Assembly: GCF_009914755.1 (NCBI RefSeq)
Contig: NC_060925.1
Reading direction: 5' to 3' (one strand)
Source of the DNA: the human T2T-CHM13v2.0 reference genome, Homo sapiens
DNA: 64,000 nucleotides
The notes beneath the pieces were generated by a model. That model ran no database searches and was not told where the DNA came from. It worked only from the letters and a program-made list of their open reading frames with translations. Positions 53,516-64,000 of this stretch are shown one piece after another; positions within the stretch are counted from its first letter, which is position 1, and each line of letters starts with the position of its first letter. The translations under genes and the position numbers were made by a program.

Positions 53516-55320
53516 AGAAAATTACAAGTTGAACCTAAAATGTATGTGGAAATGCAAGATGCTAGGACTTGTCAAGGCAATCTAGCCAGCACTTACACTT
53601 TTATATAGAAAGAAGTGAAAATAGATGAAGGACTTAGACTACTAGATACCAATTCCTATTTAAAAACATAGTAATAAGAGTATAATACTGACACACGGAT
53701 GGACAAAGACAGACCATAAAAAGAGAAAGTCCAGAAATATACCCACAAATATACAGTCATTTGATTTGTAAGACCACACACTGCAGTGTGGTGGTGAAAT
53801 TATTTTTATTTCAATAAATGCTGCCAAGTTAACTGGCTATTTATATGAAAAAAGATGACAGGTGCATGGTAGACCTAATTGTGAAAGCAAAAGCAAGCAA
53901 AAACAAAACAGAAACAAAACCAGAAACCAAAAACCCTCCTAGAAGAAAATGTAGGAGAGCAGATTTATGATTTTGAGGCAGTCAACATTGTTTTAAATGA
54001 GATCCAGAAAGCTCTAACCATAACGAAAAAAGGAACTGGTAAATAGGACTACATTAAAATTGAGAGCTTCTGTTCTTCAACAGATACTATTAAGGGAGTT
54101 AAAAGGCAGTTCATGGAATGGAAAAAGACATTTGCAATATATTTGACAAAAGACTCATTTACATAATATATAAAGGCCCTTACAAATCAATAATAAGAAA
54201 GCAGGCAATTTAATAGAAAAAATGGGCAAAGGGTTTTAGCATTCACCTCCCAAAAGAGGATATCTAAACTGCCCAAAAAAAAAAGCAAATGTCCAACGTC
54301 ATTAGAAATCAGGGAACCGTGAATTAAAACCACCGTGATATACAACTATGCCCACACCCAATGGCTAAAAATTGAAAATGACAGATGATATCTAATGTTG
54401 AGAAAAATGTGGCACAACCAAAACAATCATATATTGCTGATAGTGGTGTAAATTGGTGCAACTATTTTGGAAAAGTGTTTGGCAGTATCTACAAATGTTG
54501 AGAATACATTCCTATAGACATAACCATCTGAAATGCATATGTATGTTCACCAAAATACATGTGCATAAATACCAGTACATTTACATAGTACAAAAATGTA
54601 CAATGTCAATACCAGCACTATTCATGTTAGTCCTAAAGTGAAAACAACTCAAATATCTATAAACAGAAAAATGAATAAATATAAATCATGATATAGTCAT
54701 GTAATGGCACACTGCAGCAATGGGGTGCTTAGTGACTAGAAGAAGCACGATGAGAATTTCCTAGGGAGTACTGGTGATGTTCTGTTTCTTGATCCAGGTG
54801 CTGGTTTTGTAGGTGCATTCACTCAGTGAAAGCTCATTGAGCTGTTCCTTTATGATTTGTGCACTTTGTACATAGTGTTTGCTATGGTTTGAATGTCTCC
54901 TCCAAAACTCATGTTGGAGCTTACTTAATCTCCAGTGTGGCAGTATTGAGAGATGGGGCCTTTAGGAGGTGATTAAATAATGAGGTCTCTGTTCTCAGGA
55001 ATGGATTAATGGGTTAATGAATTAATGGGTTATCACGGGGGTGGGGAACTGGTGGCTTTATAAGAAAAGGAAAAGAGAACTGAGCCAGCATGTTAGTACA
55101 CTCAGCCCCTCGCCACCCGATGCCCTGTGCCACCATGGGATGCCACAGAGAGTCCCCATCAGCAAGAAGTCTCTTATCAGATGCACTCCCTCCGCTTTAG
55201 ACTTTCCAGCCTCCATAACTGCAAGAAATAAATTTCTTTTCTTTATAAATTACCCAGTGTCAGGTATTCTGTTATCAGCAACAGAAAATGGTCTAAGACA
55301 GTGTTATACTTGAATAAAAA
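53516..55320 (+). mobile_element. Old L1ME (right half of the host element, through the 3' end)
   Basis: Resumes collinearly with ctaaaatgtatgtggaaatgcaa; ends gtgttatacttgaataaaaa; split by an MSTB LTR. Confidence 0.85.
54880..55300 (+). mobile_element. MSTB1/2-like solo LTR
   Basis: tgctatggtttgaatgtc..ggattaatgggttaat..agcaacagaaaatggtctaagaca; perfect TSD gtgtt. Confidence 0.92.
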
Positions 55321-56194
55321 TATTACTTTAAAAAGGAAAATAAAAATAATTACTGCAGAGTAGAGCCAGACAGTGGAGTGAGCATTCTGGATGTGGAGAG
55401 AGAGTTAGGTGGTTCTTGCAAGAGTTCTGGTGCAAGACCAAGCTGATGGCCGCAGAGAAATAGCAAATTAGGTTCAAGACAGACTGAGGAAGGAAAACCA
55501 AGAGGACTTGAGAATGGGTTGCCTAAGGCAGGATACAGAAGAGGGAGATGTCCACGTTGATTTCAGGTTTCTACCTTGTATAACCAGGTAGAAAGTGTCT
55601 CCCTCTCCAGAGAAGGACAGTGCTGGAGGTTATTGGGCAGGGAGGATGTGAAGAACATACACTTGGAGTTGAGGTTCTAGAGATATACAAGTAGACTCAT
55701 GGTGTAGACAGTTGGGTATGTCCGAAGTTCAGAGGAAAGGCGAGGGTTGAAGACATAATCTGTTAATAAACTGACCTCTAAAAAATGGAATTTGAACTGA
55801 CTCTTTTAGATAAAGATACCAATTATCATATGCCAGGCACTACTGGGCTGAATGCTTTCCCTGGAGGATCTTTACCTATAGAATTAAAGAAGGTAAGCAG
55901 ATTGCAGATGCTTTGAGCTTTAGGAAGGGGCAGGAATGAAGACAATGGGGCTCTTCAGATTCAGATCTTCTGACTTAAAGTTCCAGGTGTTGTTGCTGAT
56001 TCACACTGCTCCTATCAATGGACTCACTGGCCTGTAGTGTTACAGATCCTGGATGAGCAAACAAGGGCACTGTAGCATTCCCACTAGGAGAAAGCTTTAA
56101 ACAAAGACTATATGTATCCATCTGTCAGCCTGAGAAGGAGCTCAGAGGCTTAAACTCCATGATTGCCTCATATAGGGTTTAGTAGATGCATTCT

Positions 56195-57580
56195 CAGGAT
56201 TCAAATATATATATTTTGGATATTAATCTCTTATCAGATATACATTACACAAATATTTTCTCCCAATCTGTAGGCTGCCTTTTTATTTTGTCTATTACTT
56301 CTTTTGTTGTAAAAAAGCTGTTTAATTTGTGGTCCCACTTCTTATATTTTTGCTTTGTTGCCTGTGCTTTGATGTACTGGTTAGTCTGTTTTGCATTGCT
56401 ATAAAGGAATATCTGAGGCTGCATAGCTTATAAAGAAAATATATTTATTTGGCTCAGGGATCTGCCAGCTGCCTTACAAGTATGGCACCAGTGTCTGCTT
56501 CTGGTGAGTCCTCAGGAAGCTTTTACTCATGGCAGATGACAAGGAAGGGGGAGCTGGCATGTCACATAGTGAGAGAGGGAGCAAGAGCGATGCCAAGCTC
56601 TTTCAAATAACCAGCTCCCAGGGGAAATTTTCTACGAATTTTACAGTTTCAGTCCTTGTGTTTAAGTCTTGAATTCATTTTTAGCATATTTTTGTGTAAG
56701 ATTAGGGTCCAGTTTTATTCTTTTGCATGTGAATATTTAATTTTCTTAACATCATTTATTGAAGAGACTATCCTTTCTCCAGTGTGTCTTCTTGGTGCCC
56801 TGGTTGAAAATTAGTTGACTGTACATGCTTGAGTTTACTTCTGAGCTCTATATTCTGTTTTATGTGTCTATTTTTATGCCAGTACCATCCTGTTTTGATT
56901 ACTTGAAATATAATTTGAAATCAGGAAGTGTGATGCCTCTAACTTTGTTTTTCTTTCTCAAGATTGCTTTGGCTATTTGGGTATTTTTTTTCTGTGGTTC
57001 CATGTGAATTTTAGAATTTCTTTTTCTGTTTCTGTGAAAAATGCCACTGGAATTTTGATAGAGAATGCAGTGGGTCTCTATGTTGCTTTGAGTGTTAAGG
57101 ACATTTTAACAAAATTCATTCTTTCAATTTGTGAACTCAGACTATCTTTCCATTTATCTGTGTCTTCTTCAATTTCTTTCCTCAATGTTTTGTTGTTTTC
57201 AGTGTACAGATCTTTCACCTCCTTGATTACATTTATTTCTAAGTGTTTTATTCTCTTTGATGCTATCATGAATGGTATTGTTTTCTTGATTTGTTTTTTT
57301 AGATAAGTCTTGATTGGTGTAAATAAATGCAGCTGATTTTTGTGGGTTGATTTTGTATCCTGCAACTTTACTGAAATTGTTAATTAGTTCTAAAGTTCTT
57401 TCGTATATATGTAGTCTTTAAGGTTTTCCATATATAGGATTATGTCCTCTGCAAACAGGGATAATTTGACTTCTTCCTTTTTGATTTGGATGCCTTTTAT
57501 TTCTTTTTCTTGTCTGATTGCTCTTGCTAGTACTTTCAAGTACTATGTTGAATCAAAGTGGTGAGGGTGAGCATTCTTGA
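56195..57580 (-). mobile_element. L1MA-like ORF2 fragment, interrupted by a partial MST LTR at about 56372-56620
   Basis: ttttggatattaatctcttatcagata; ttgaaatcaggaagtgtgatgcctc; track ORF 57078-57365 has [28 protein letters not shown]. Confidence 0.88.
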
Positions 57581-58944
57581 TTAACTGTCTATGGCCAGCT
57601 TCCTCCTGTGCATTTAAAACACAATGCCATTCCCAAGCAGATATGCACACCCAGCTGGACAGGGTGGCACATTTGGCAAAAGGTCAGGCAGATCAGTAAC
57701 CACAGGTTGGCATTGTAAAGAGCAAAACACTATCCATGTCTGGCACTAAAATACAAAAAGTCAGTGCTTCCACAATCTGATGGTGTATCTATAGTCACGT
57801 TTTTGCAGATATATAAGCCACAATTTTATCACACTAGTTTCCAAATCACTAGCAGCATCAAGGTCATGTTGAAGTTCAAATACTGGCTCACTTGGGTGTG
57901 AGTGCAAATCATCTGCTTTTGTAGTCATGGACAAATAAAACACGTGTTCTACTTGCTGTTACAAATCAGCAGGTTTAACAGACGCTGTCCGATAATGATT
58001 TTTAACTCTAAGTCGGCGGGAGCTAAAGGAAAGGAGTGTTGGAACAGGATTCAAGCGTCCTAGGTTTGAATCCTGATTCTACCCACAATGATCCCTGTGC
58101 TGTTGGTTCAGTTACGTCCTTTTGGCCCTCAGTTGCCTCATCTGTAAATAAGAGGTTTTACTGTTTTGTCTCTAGGAGTCTTCCATCTGATACATTTCTT
58201 TGCTAAATTTAAGTGGCATATTGGACTTCTAGTTCTGCTAGAAGTAATTGGCATTGTGGCCTGCTCACTTCTTGTAAAAAGGTCAAGGCATGCTGCTCCC
58301 AACCCCTGTGTTTAATGTTCATTTTCTGACCTGAAATTTGAGTTGATCATGCAAAACCCTCCTGTGCCTAAATGCATCTGGGGATAAAAATAACTTCCCA
58401 TGAATTCTCCCCTGGGTGAGCAATTTCACATGCAATAGTACCCTTAGCTTCCACATGACTTCTCGCCACCGTCCCTATTGTTCTAGTAGAAGGTATGCAT
58501 TCATAGAATGCTAAAATGTTTTATGAAAAGGAGACTAGGGTGGCAAATCAAACCTACCTGATGAAAAAAATCTGCTGAAGTCATTATATTGAAAGGGGAC
58601 TTCCCTGGATTTCAAGACATGGATTATCTGTTCATTTGTTAATTAATTTGTTCAAAGATCAACTAATCATTTAGTAAGAAACTAATGTGTGTCAAACCCA
58701 GAGTCGAGTACTGGGGATACAGCTCTGAAAAGGGTCTTAATCTTAGTGAGCATAAAGTTCAGTGGGATGGGCAAGTAAAGAGATAATTACACACACATAA
58801 AATCAGATGACTGGTGACATTACTGCTTTAAAGCTATGCTTTCATTTTTTTGGAGGATGAGGATGAAAATGTTGATGAGGATGGTGGTACCGATATAGCC
58901 AGGTGCTATTCTAAGTGCTACACATATATTCACTCATTTAATTT

Positions 58945-59690
58945 TCTCTTTTCCCAGTTTTTAAATTGTGTTAAAATGCATATAACACAAGTTACCATCT
59001 TAACCATTTTTAAGTGTATAGTTCAGTGGTGTTAAATACATTTATAACATTGTGCAACCATCACCACCATCCAGCTCCATAGCTCTTTTCATCTTGTAAA
59101 ATGGAAACTCTGTAGCCATTAAACAGTAACTCCCCATTCCCCACTCTCCCAGCCCCTGGCGACTACCGTTCTATTTTCTGTCTCTATGATTTTGGCTACT
59201 CTGAGATTTTTGCATACAAGTGGAATCACACAGTATTTTATTTTTGTGACTGGCTTATTTCACTTAGCATAATGAGCTCAATGTTCATCCATGTTGTACC
59301 ATGTGTCAGAATTTGCTTCCTTTCTAAGGCTGAATAATATTCCATTGTGTGTATAGATCACCTTTTACTCATCTGTTGATAAACATTTGGGTTTCTTCCA
59401 CATTTTAGCTATTATAAATAATACTGCTATGAGCATACCCATATGTACACGTAAGTCTTTGAGACTGTGTTTTTAATTTTGCTAGGTATATACCTGGAGG
59501 TAGAATTGCTAGGTCATATGGTAATTCTATTTTTAATTTTTTTGAAAGACCACCATCCAGTTTTCCATAGTGGCCGTACCATTTCATATTCCTTCCCACT
59601 GGAACAGTGCATAAAGATTCCAGTGTCTCCACATCTTCATCAACACTTGTTTTCTGTTTTTCTTTGATAATAGCCATCCTAATGAGTGTG
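58945..59690 (-). mobile_element. L1MB-like 3' end
   Basis: ccatcttaaccatttttaagtgtatagttcagtgg..tcacttagcataatg..ataatagccatcctaatgagtgtg. Confidence 0.9.
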
Positions 59691-59694
59691 ATAG

Positions 59695-59850
59695 CTCACT
59701 TAATTTTCCCAACAACCCTTTGAGATAGATACTATTTTTAATTCCCATTTTATAGATGAAGAATTTTAGGGCACAGAGAGGTCAAGTTACTTGTTCAAGC
59801 TCACATAGTCAGTGGTCAGGTCAGGAGCCTAACGTGGGCAGTCTGTTCCT
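59695..59850 (-). mobile_element. MIR (split by the L1MB)
   Basis: aacaaccctttgagatag..cccattttatagatgaagaa..gcacagagaggtcaagttacttg. Confidence 0.75.
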
Positions 59851-61799
59851 GACCACTCCCCCATATCTGATCCGCTGTTCATTCAGTTGGCATTTACTAT
59901 GCATTTACTGTGGGACAGAGAATACAACATAAGCATTATGTCTTCTGCCCTGGGCTAGTTCACATTCCACAATGTGCAAGTATACCAGGATATGTGCAGA
60001 ATGTTGCAGTCATAACTGAAGGAGAACCCACTCTGTACACACAGGTGGGAGGGTGTGTACATATTCACATTTGTGCCTCCATGTGTACACACTGGGAAAC
60101 CGGGTGGTTTCCTTAATGGCCAGAAACACACTCTCTCCCACTCCCCTGTTTACTTTTGGCAGAAGATGTTGCCCAAGACTATTGTAGACAATCTATAGGC
60201 ATTCAATTAACACATCAACAATTTTGTTGTTGCCATATCAGTATCATCTGTGCTATTATCTAAATAATACTAATTAAAAAAATTAGCTATAACTTTTTTT
60301 TTTACTCATATTTATCCTACCATGGGTCTGAGATGTTAGTTATCTTTGCTCCTGGTGCACATTAAAGTAAATGCATAACACTTCAAATAAAACCATCCAT
60401 GCTTCATAGAAAATCCTCCTAGGCCTACTGTAGAGGAGCTGCCTGCTGTACTTTGGTCTTACTATATAAAACCTCTGTTGTGTTACAAATGATACATCAT
60501 CTTCTGGACTTTTAATTTTTCTAGGAAGAAGGGCTGGGGCCAACTCAGAATATGAGTGTTGAAACTGTAACGTATCATTTTAATTTCTGATCAGCATTCT
60601 ATATTGAAGAAAGGATGCCAGCGATGAAGCAGTCCGGTATGGGAGGTGGGAGGGGTTCAGCAGAAGTATTTCTTGGTTGCTCAACTCACCGTCCAAGTCT
60701 TGCAATCCTTTGCAGCCAAAAGCAGCCTCTCCACCATCTGCCCCATAGCTCAGCTTGAAACTGGTCTTTGAGGCTTTGTCCTGCCCTTTTATGAGCAGGG
60801 CTGAGACTCCTATGTCATTGTCAGAGAGTTTTGTTAAGCATCCTCAGGATGTTTTGAAAGGTATGCTTTGATGCCAGGTGGCCAGACATGTACTCAGGGT
60901 GGACAACAATAAAAACAGAGGTGTCAAAGCCCAAAAGGATCTGAGTGACATAAGAGAAAGCCTGACAGCTTCATGGGGGAAAACCCTGTTCCTCAGGTTG
61001 GGTTAAGTGTCATGTGGCCAGAGGAAAACATCTGCATTTAAATGGCCATTCTTAAGAGTGTAACTCTTTGCCAATGGCAGAAACTACCCTGTGATTCTCA
61101 CAGCCTTTAGCCTTGCTTCCCCTTTTTTTTTGGACCTTATCTCCCTTCCCCATCTTCTGCCTCCCCTATTTCCTCTCCTTACCTCTTTTTTCTCTCCCCT
61201 CCTCCATTGCCATCACTATTGCCATAGTTCAGCATCTGCCCACATCTCACCCCATCTTGGGAGCCCCCAGACCAAGAGGCAAGATCTACATTTCTTCCTT
61301 GGGTAGATATGAGATGTGCCCTTGGTGTCCCAGGATGGAATCGACAACACCTGAGAAAGTTAGACTTAGAAGAAAGTCCGAGTTGCTACCTCTGGTTTAG
61401 AAGACCTCACGTGATCTGGTGGCTGCCTGATCAGATTCGTTTCGCACTCTTTCTTGCTCACCATGATCCAGCTCCAGGTCTTCTTTCTGTTCTTCCACTG
61501 TGCCCAGCTCATGCCCACTACAGGGCCTTTGCAGCTGTTGCTTTCACGTAGGATGTTTTCTTCCCCAGTCTTCACCTGGCTGCTTCGTTTGCATCACCTG
61601 ACGACAAAAACCACCATGCACTGCCTGGCTTTTCTCTTGAGGTCACCTCCTGGAAATCATTGGTCCCATCGTGGAATACCCCCAGAGACAGTGAGCTCAT
61701 TCTTCCTATGGAAGAGCTTTGTGCCTCTGGGCAGCCTCTTGGTTGGAATGCTCTGAAATTGCAGACTCTGTCGAGGGAGGGATTGTGTAGGGGTTATGA

Positions 61800-62030
61800 G
61801 CTAGGAATGTAGAGCCAGACTGCCTGGGTTTGAATCCCTGTTCTTCCATGAGCTCTGTGACCTTGGGCAAGTGAGTGAACCTCTCAGAGCCTCAGTATTT
61901 CATTTCTGATGTAATCAGCGATAAGGAACTTACTTCATAGAATTGTTGCAAGGATTAAATGAAATAATACATGTATTAATACATGAATTAATACATGTAT
62001 CAGCATTTCCCAGCACAGAGTAAGTGGAAT
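61800..62030 (+). mobile_element. MIR
   Basis: agagccagactgcctgggtttgaatccc..gctctgtgaccttgggcaagt..ttgttgcaaggattaaatga. Confidence 0.85.
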
Positions 62031-62081
62031 ACAGGCTGGCAGATGTTCTCACGATTACCTTGAATCACATCTGTCTCCTGC

Positions 62082-62687
62082 AGCAGTAGTTCTCTTTGGG
62101 CATGGTTCTACCTTTTAGGGGGTGTTTGGAAATGATTGGGGATATGCTTGCTTCTCAGAATGATTGAAGGAGGCTACTGGCATTTTGTGGGTGGGGAGAA
62201 ATGCTAGATGTCTTGCAATTCACAGAGAAGAATTTCTCCACACCCTACTCTTGCCAGATGTTCATGTAAGTGAGAGACCTGACTGTAGGACTTTTTTGTA
62301 TGGTTGAATCTACACTGAGTTTTTAAGGAATGTAACTACATGTAAATCAAAGATACATCATGTCTTGTTTTATTTGGATTTTTTCCAGGAGCTGTGCCCC
62401 ATTTTGAAAATGTTCATTAAAGTTACATATGCCTCATGGTATTTGAGTTAACAGAACAACCACCTGAACCAGTGTGCAACTTATAGCCATTGCAGTCATG
62501 GTGATTCTTCATATTTGTACAAATGCACTTATTTAATTCTTATTCCAAAATGCTAAATAGAAAAATCAGTGTCAACAATATCCAATTGCTTATCTCTTGA
62601 CTCCAGATGAAAATGGGCTGAAAAAATAAGTAAAAACATTGGCTGGGGTCACTAGTCTTCTAGTCCAACCCTGCTTGAGAACCTACT
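62082..62687 (+). mobile_element. hAT-Charlie element (MER20B-like)
   Basis: cagtagttctc..tgtttggaaatg..gctactggcattt...ttgagaacctact termini. Confidence 0.55.
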
Positions 62688-62704
62688 TTTAAAAATACAT
62701 ATTA

Positions 62705-63018
62705 GGCTGGGCAAGGTGGCTCACACCTGTAGTCCCAGCAGTTTGGGAGGGTGACGCGGGTGGATCAGGAGTTCAAGACCTGCCTGGCCAACATGGCGAA
62801 ACTTCATCTCTACTACAAATATAGAAATTAGCTCGGCGTGTTGGCACACACCTGTAATCCCAGCTACTTGGGAGGCTGAGGCACGAGAATCACTTGAATC
62901 CAGGAGGCGGAGGTTGCAGTGAGCAACCACTCCAACCAATTAAATGGTGGAGATTGCACCACTTTATTCCAGTTTGGATGGCAAAGAGAGAACCTGTCTC
63001 AAAACAAACAAGCAACAA
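62705..63018 (+). mobile_element. AluS with an internal deletion and a ~25-nt insertion
   Basis: Alu body lacking cctgaggt; extra aaccactccaaccaattaaatggtg at about 62925-62949. Confidence 0.9.
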
Positions 63019-63214
63019 ACATATTTACCGTATGCTCCTTTCATTTTCTCCTTTACAATTTATTTCATTGTATTTCTCCTTTACAATTAAGTTAGGATAG
63101 TAAAAGGGGAATTTCAACATATGTTGTAAAAAGAAGGCTTCGAGCCTGATAGAGACCAGCATCCCTGCCCTGAGACACCTCTTAGCGGGTCCTAGACCTG
63201 CTTCCTAATTTTTC

Positions 63215-63420
63215 TTCCCTGTGACAGCTCTTCAGATGTTTAAAGATGGTGACAACATTCATCTGTGCACCCCTGAGTCCACTTTTCCGGAACCTGCATC
63301 CTCACTTCCTTCAATGTTTTCTCTAATGATGTGGTTTTCAGACTCCTCATTAGCCTGGTTACCCCTCTATGAATTTTCTCTGGTTTCTCTAAATGCCTCT
63401 TTCCAAAGAAACCAACTAAA
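63215..63420 (-). mobile_element. CR1/L3 fragment
   Basis: gacagctcttcagatgtttaaagatgg..cttccttcaa..gtggttttcagactcctc..cctggtt. Confidence 0.6.
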
Positions 63421-64000
63421 GAGTACCCTGTAAACTATTTTTATCAAATATGCAGGATTTTTTCAAACAGGCAGGAACAAAGTTGTTCCTCGATCTAGGT
63501 TTTGTGCACAATAGTCAATGTTTGGATCCCCATTGGGCAGAACAGTGAAGCCTTGCGATGAAAACCTTTTAATGAAAGGAGAACGAGAAACAGGGTTTTT
63601 TTTAACCCCAAAATGACAACCCCCCAGAGGTTTTCTGTTGTGTTGTTTTGCTTTTTCCCTTGGTAGCAGCAAGGACTTGGCTGCTGTGTACCCACCACTG
63701 TCAGAGGATGGTCATGATAGCCTCAAACTCCATAATCATGGGATTCGTGCTGTATCTCAGAGAAAGGCACCAGAAAGGAAGGGTTCGATGGAAAATAACC
63801 TAGGAATATGGGACTTTAGTACCAGGCCTCTGCTATTAGCTTATTTTCCTGACACCGTAATCAAACTGAAATTGTGCCAACCTTTCCATTGTCATGGTTT
63901 AAATTGAAGCATTCCTCCTTCAGCAAGCTTGTGTCCGGGGATGGCTGCTAGATGTGCGTTTCTCATTCTGTATAGAGTCCTCTCTAGAGAGACAAGATTC

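Noticed and set aside
63473-63490. aggaacaaagttgttcct palindrome resembling a steroid response element
   Set aside because: The half-site spacer is 4 bp rather than the canonical 3.

Overview
Primate genomic DNA; an AluYa5 carrying all five diagnostic bases points to human. The window looks intergenic or deep-intronic, and I found no recognisable protein-coding gene, RNA gene or CRISPR array. The recognisable ORFs in the track derive from Alu, L1 or LTR sequence, and the rest look like chance ORFs. Transposable elements dominate: 11 Alus, a full-length L1PA8A-like LINE nested in an older L1ME, a solo LTR12C, many MaLR/ERVL LTRs, a Ricksha (Mutator-like) DNA transposon with a transposase remnant, hAT elements, and MIR/L2/L3. 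The most notable structures are: (1) an apparent retrotransposed chimera (45852-53515) of an MLT2A LTR exon, a unique spacer and a full-length L1 inside one TSD pair, i.e. a spliced LTR-driven 5' transduction; (2) a twin-primed L1PA2-like insertion with two stacked 3' transductions (35093-35796); (3) a chimeric local duplication assembled from upstream and downstream templates (2390-2737); (4) an AluYa5 inserted at the FADD catalytic motif of the L1 RT. Subfamily names come from remembered consensus sequences and should be confirmed with RepeatMasker/Dfam. Boundaries of old elements are approximate.
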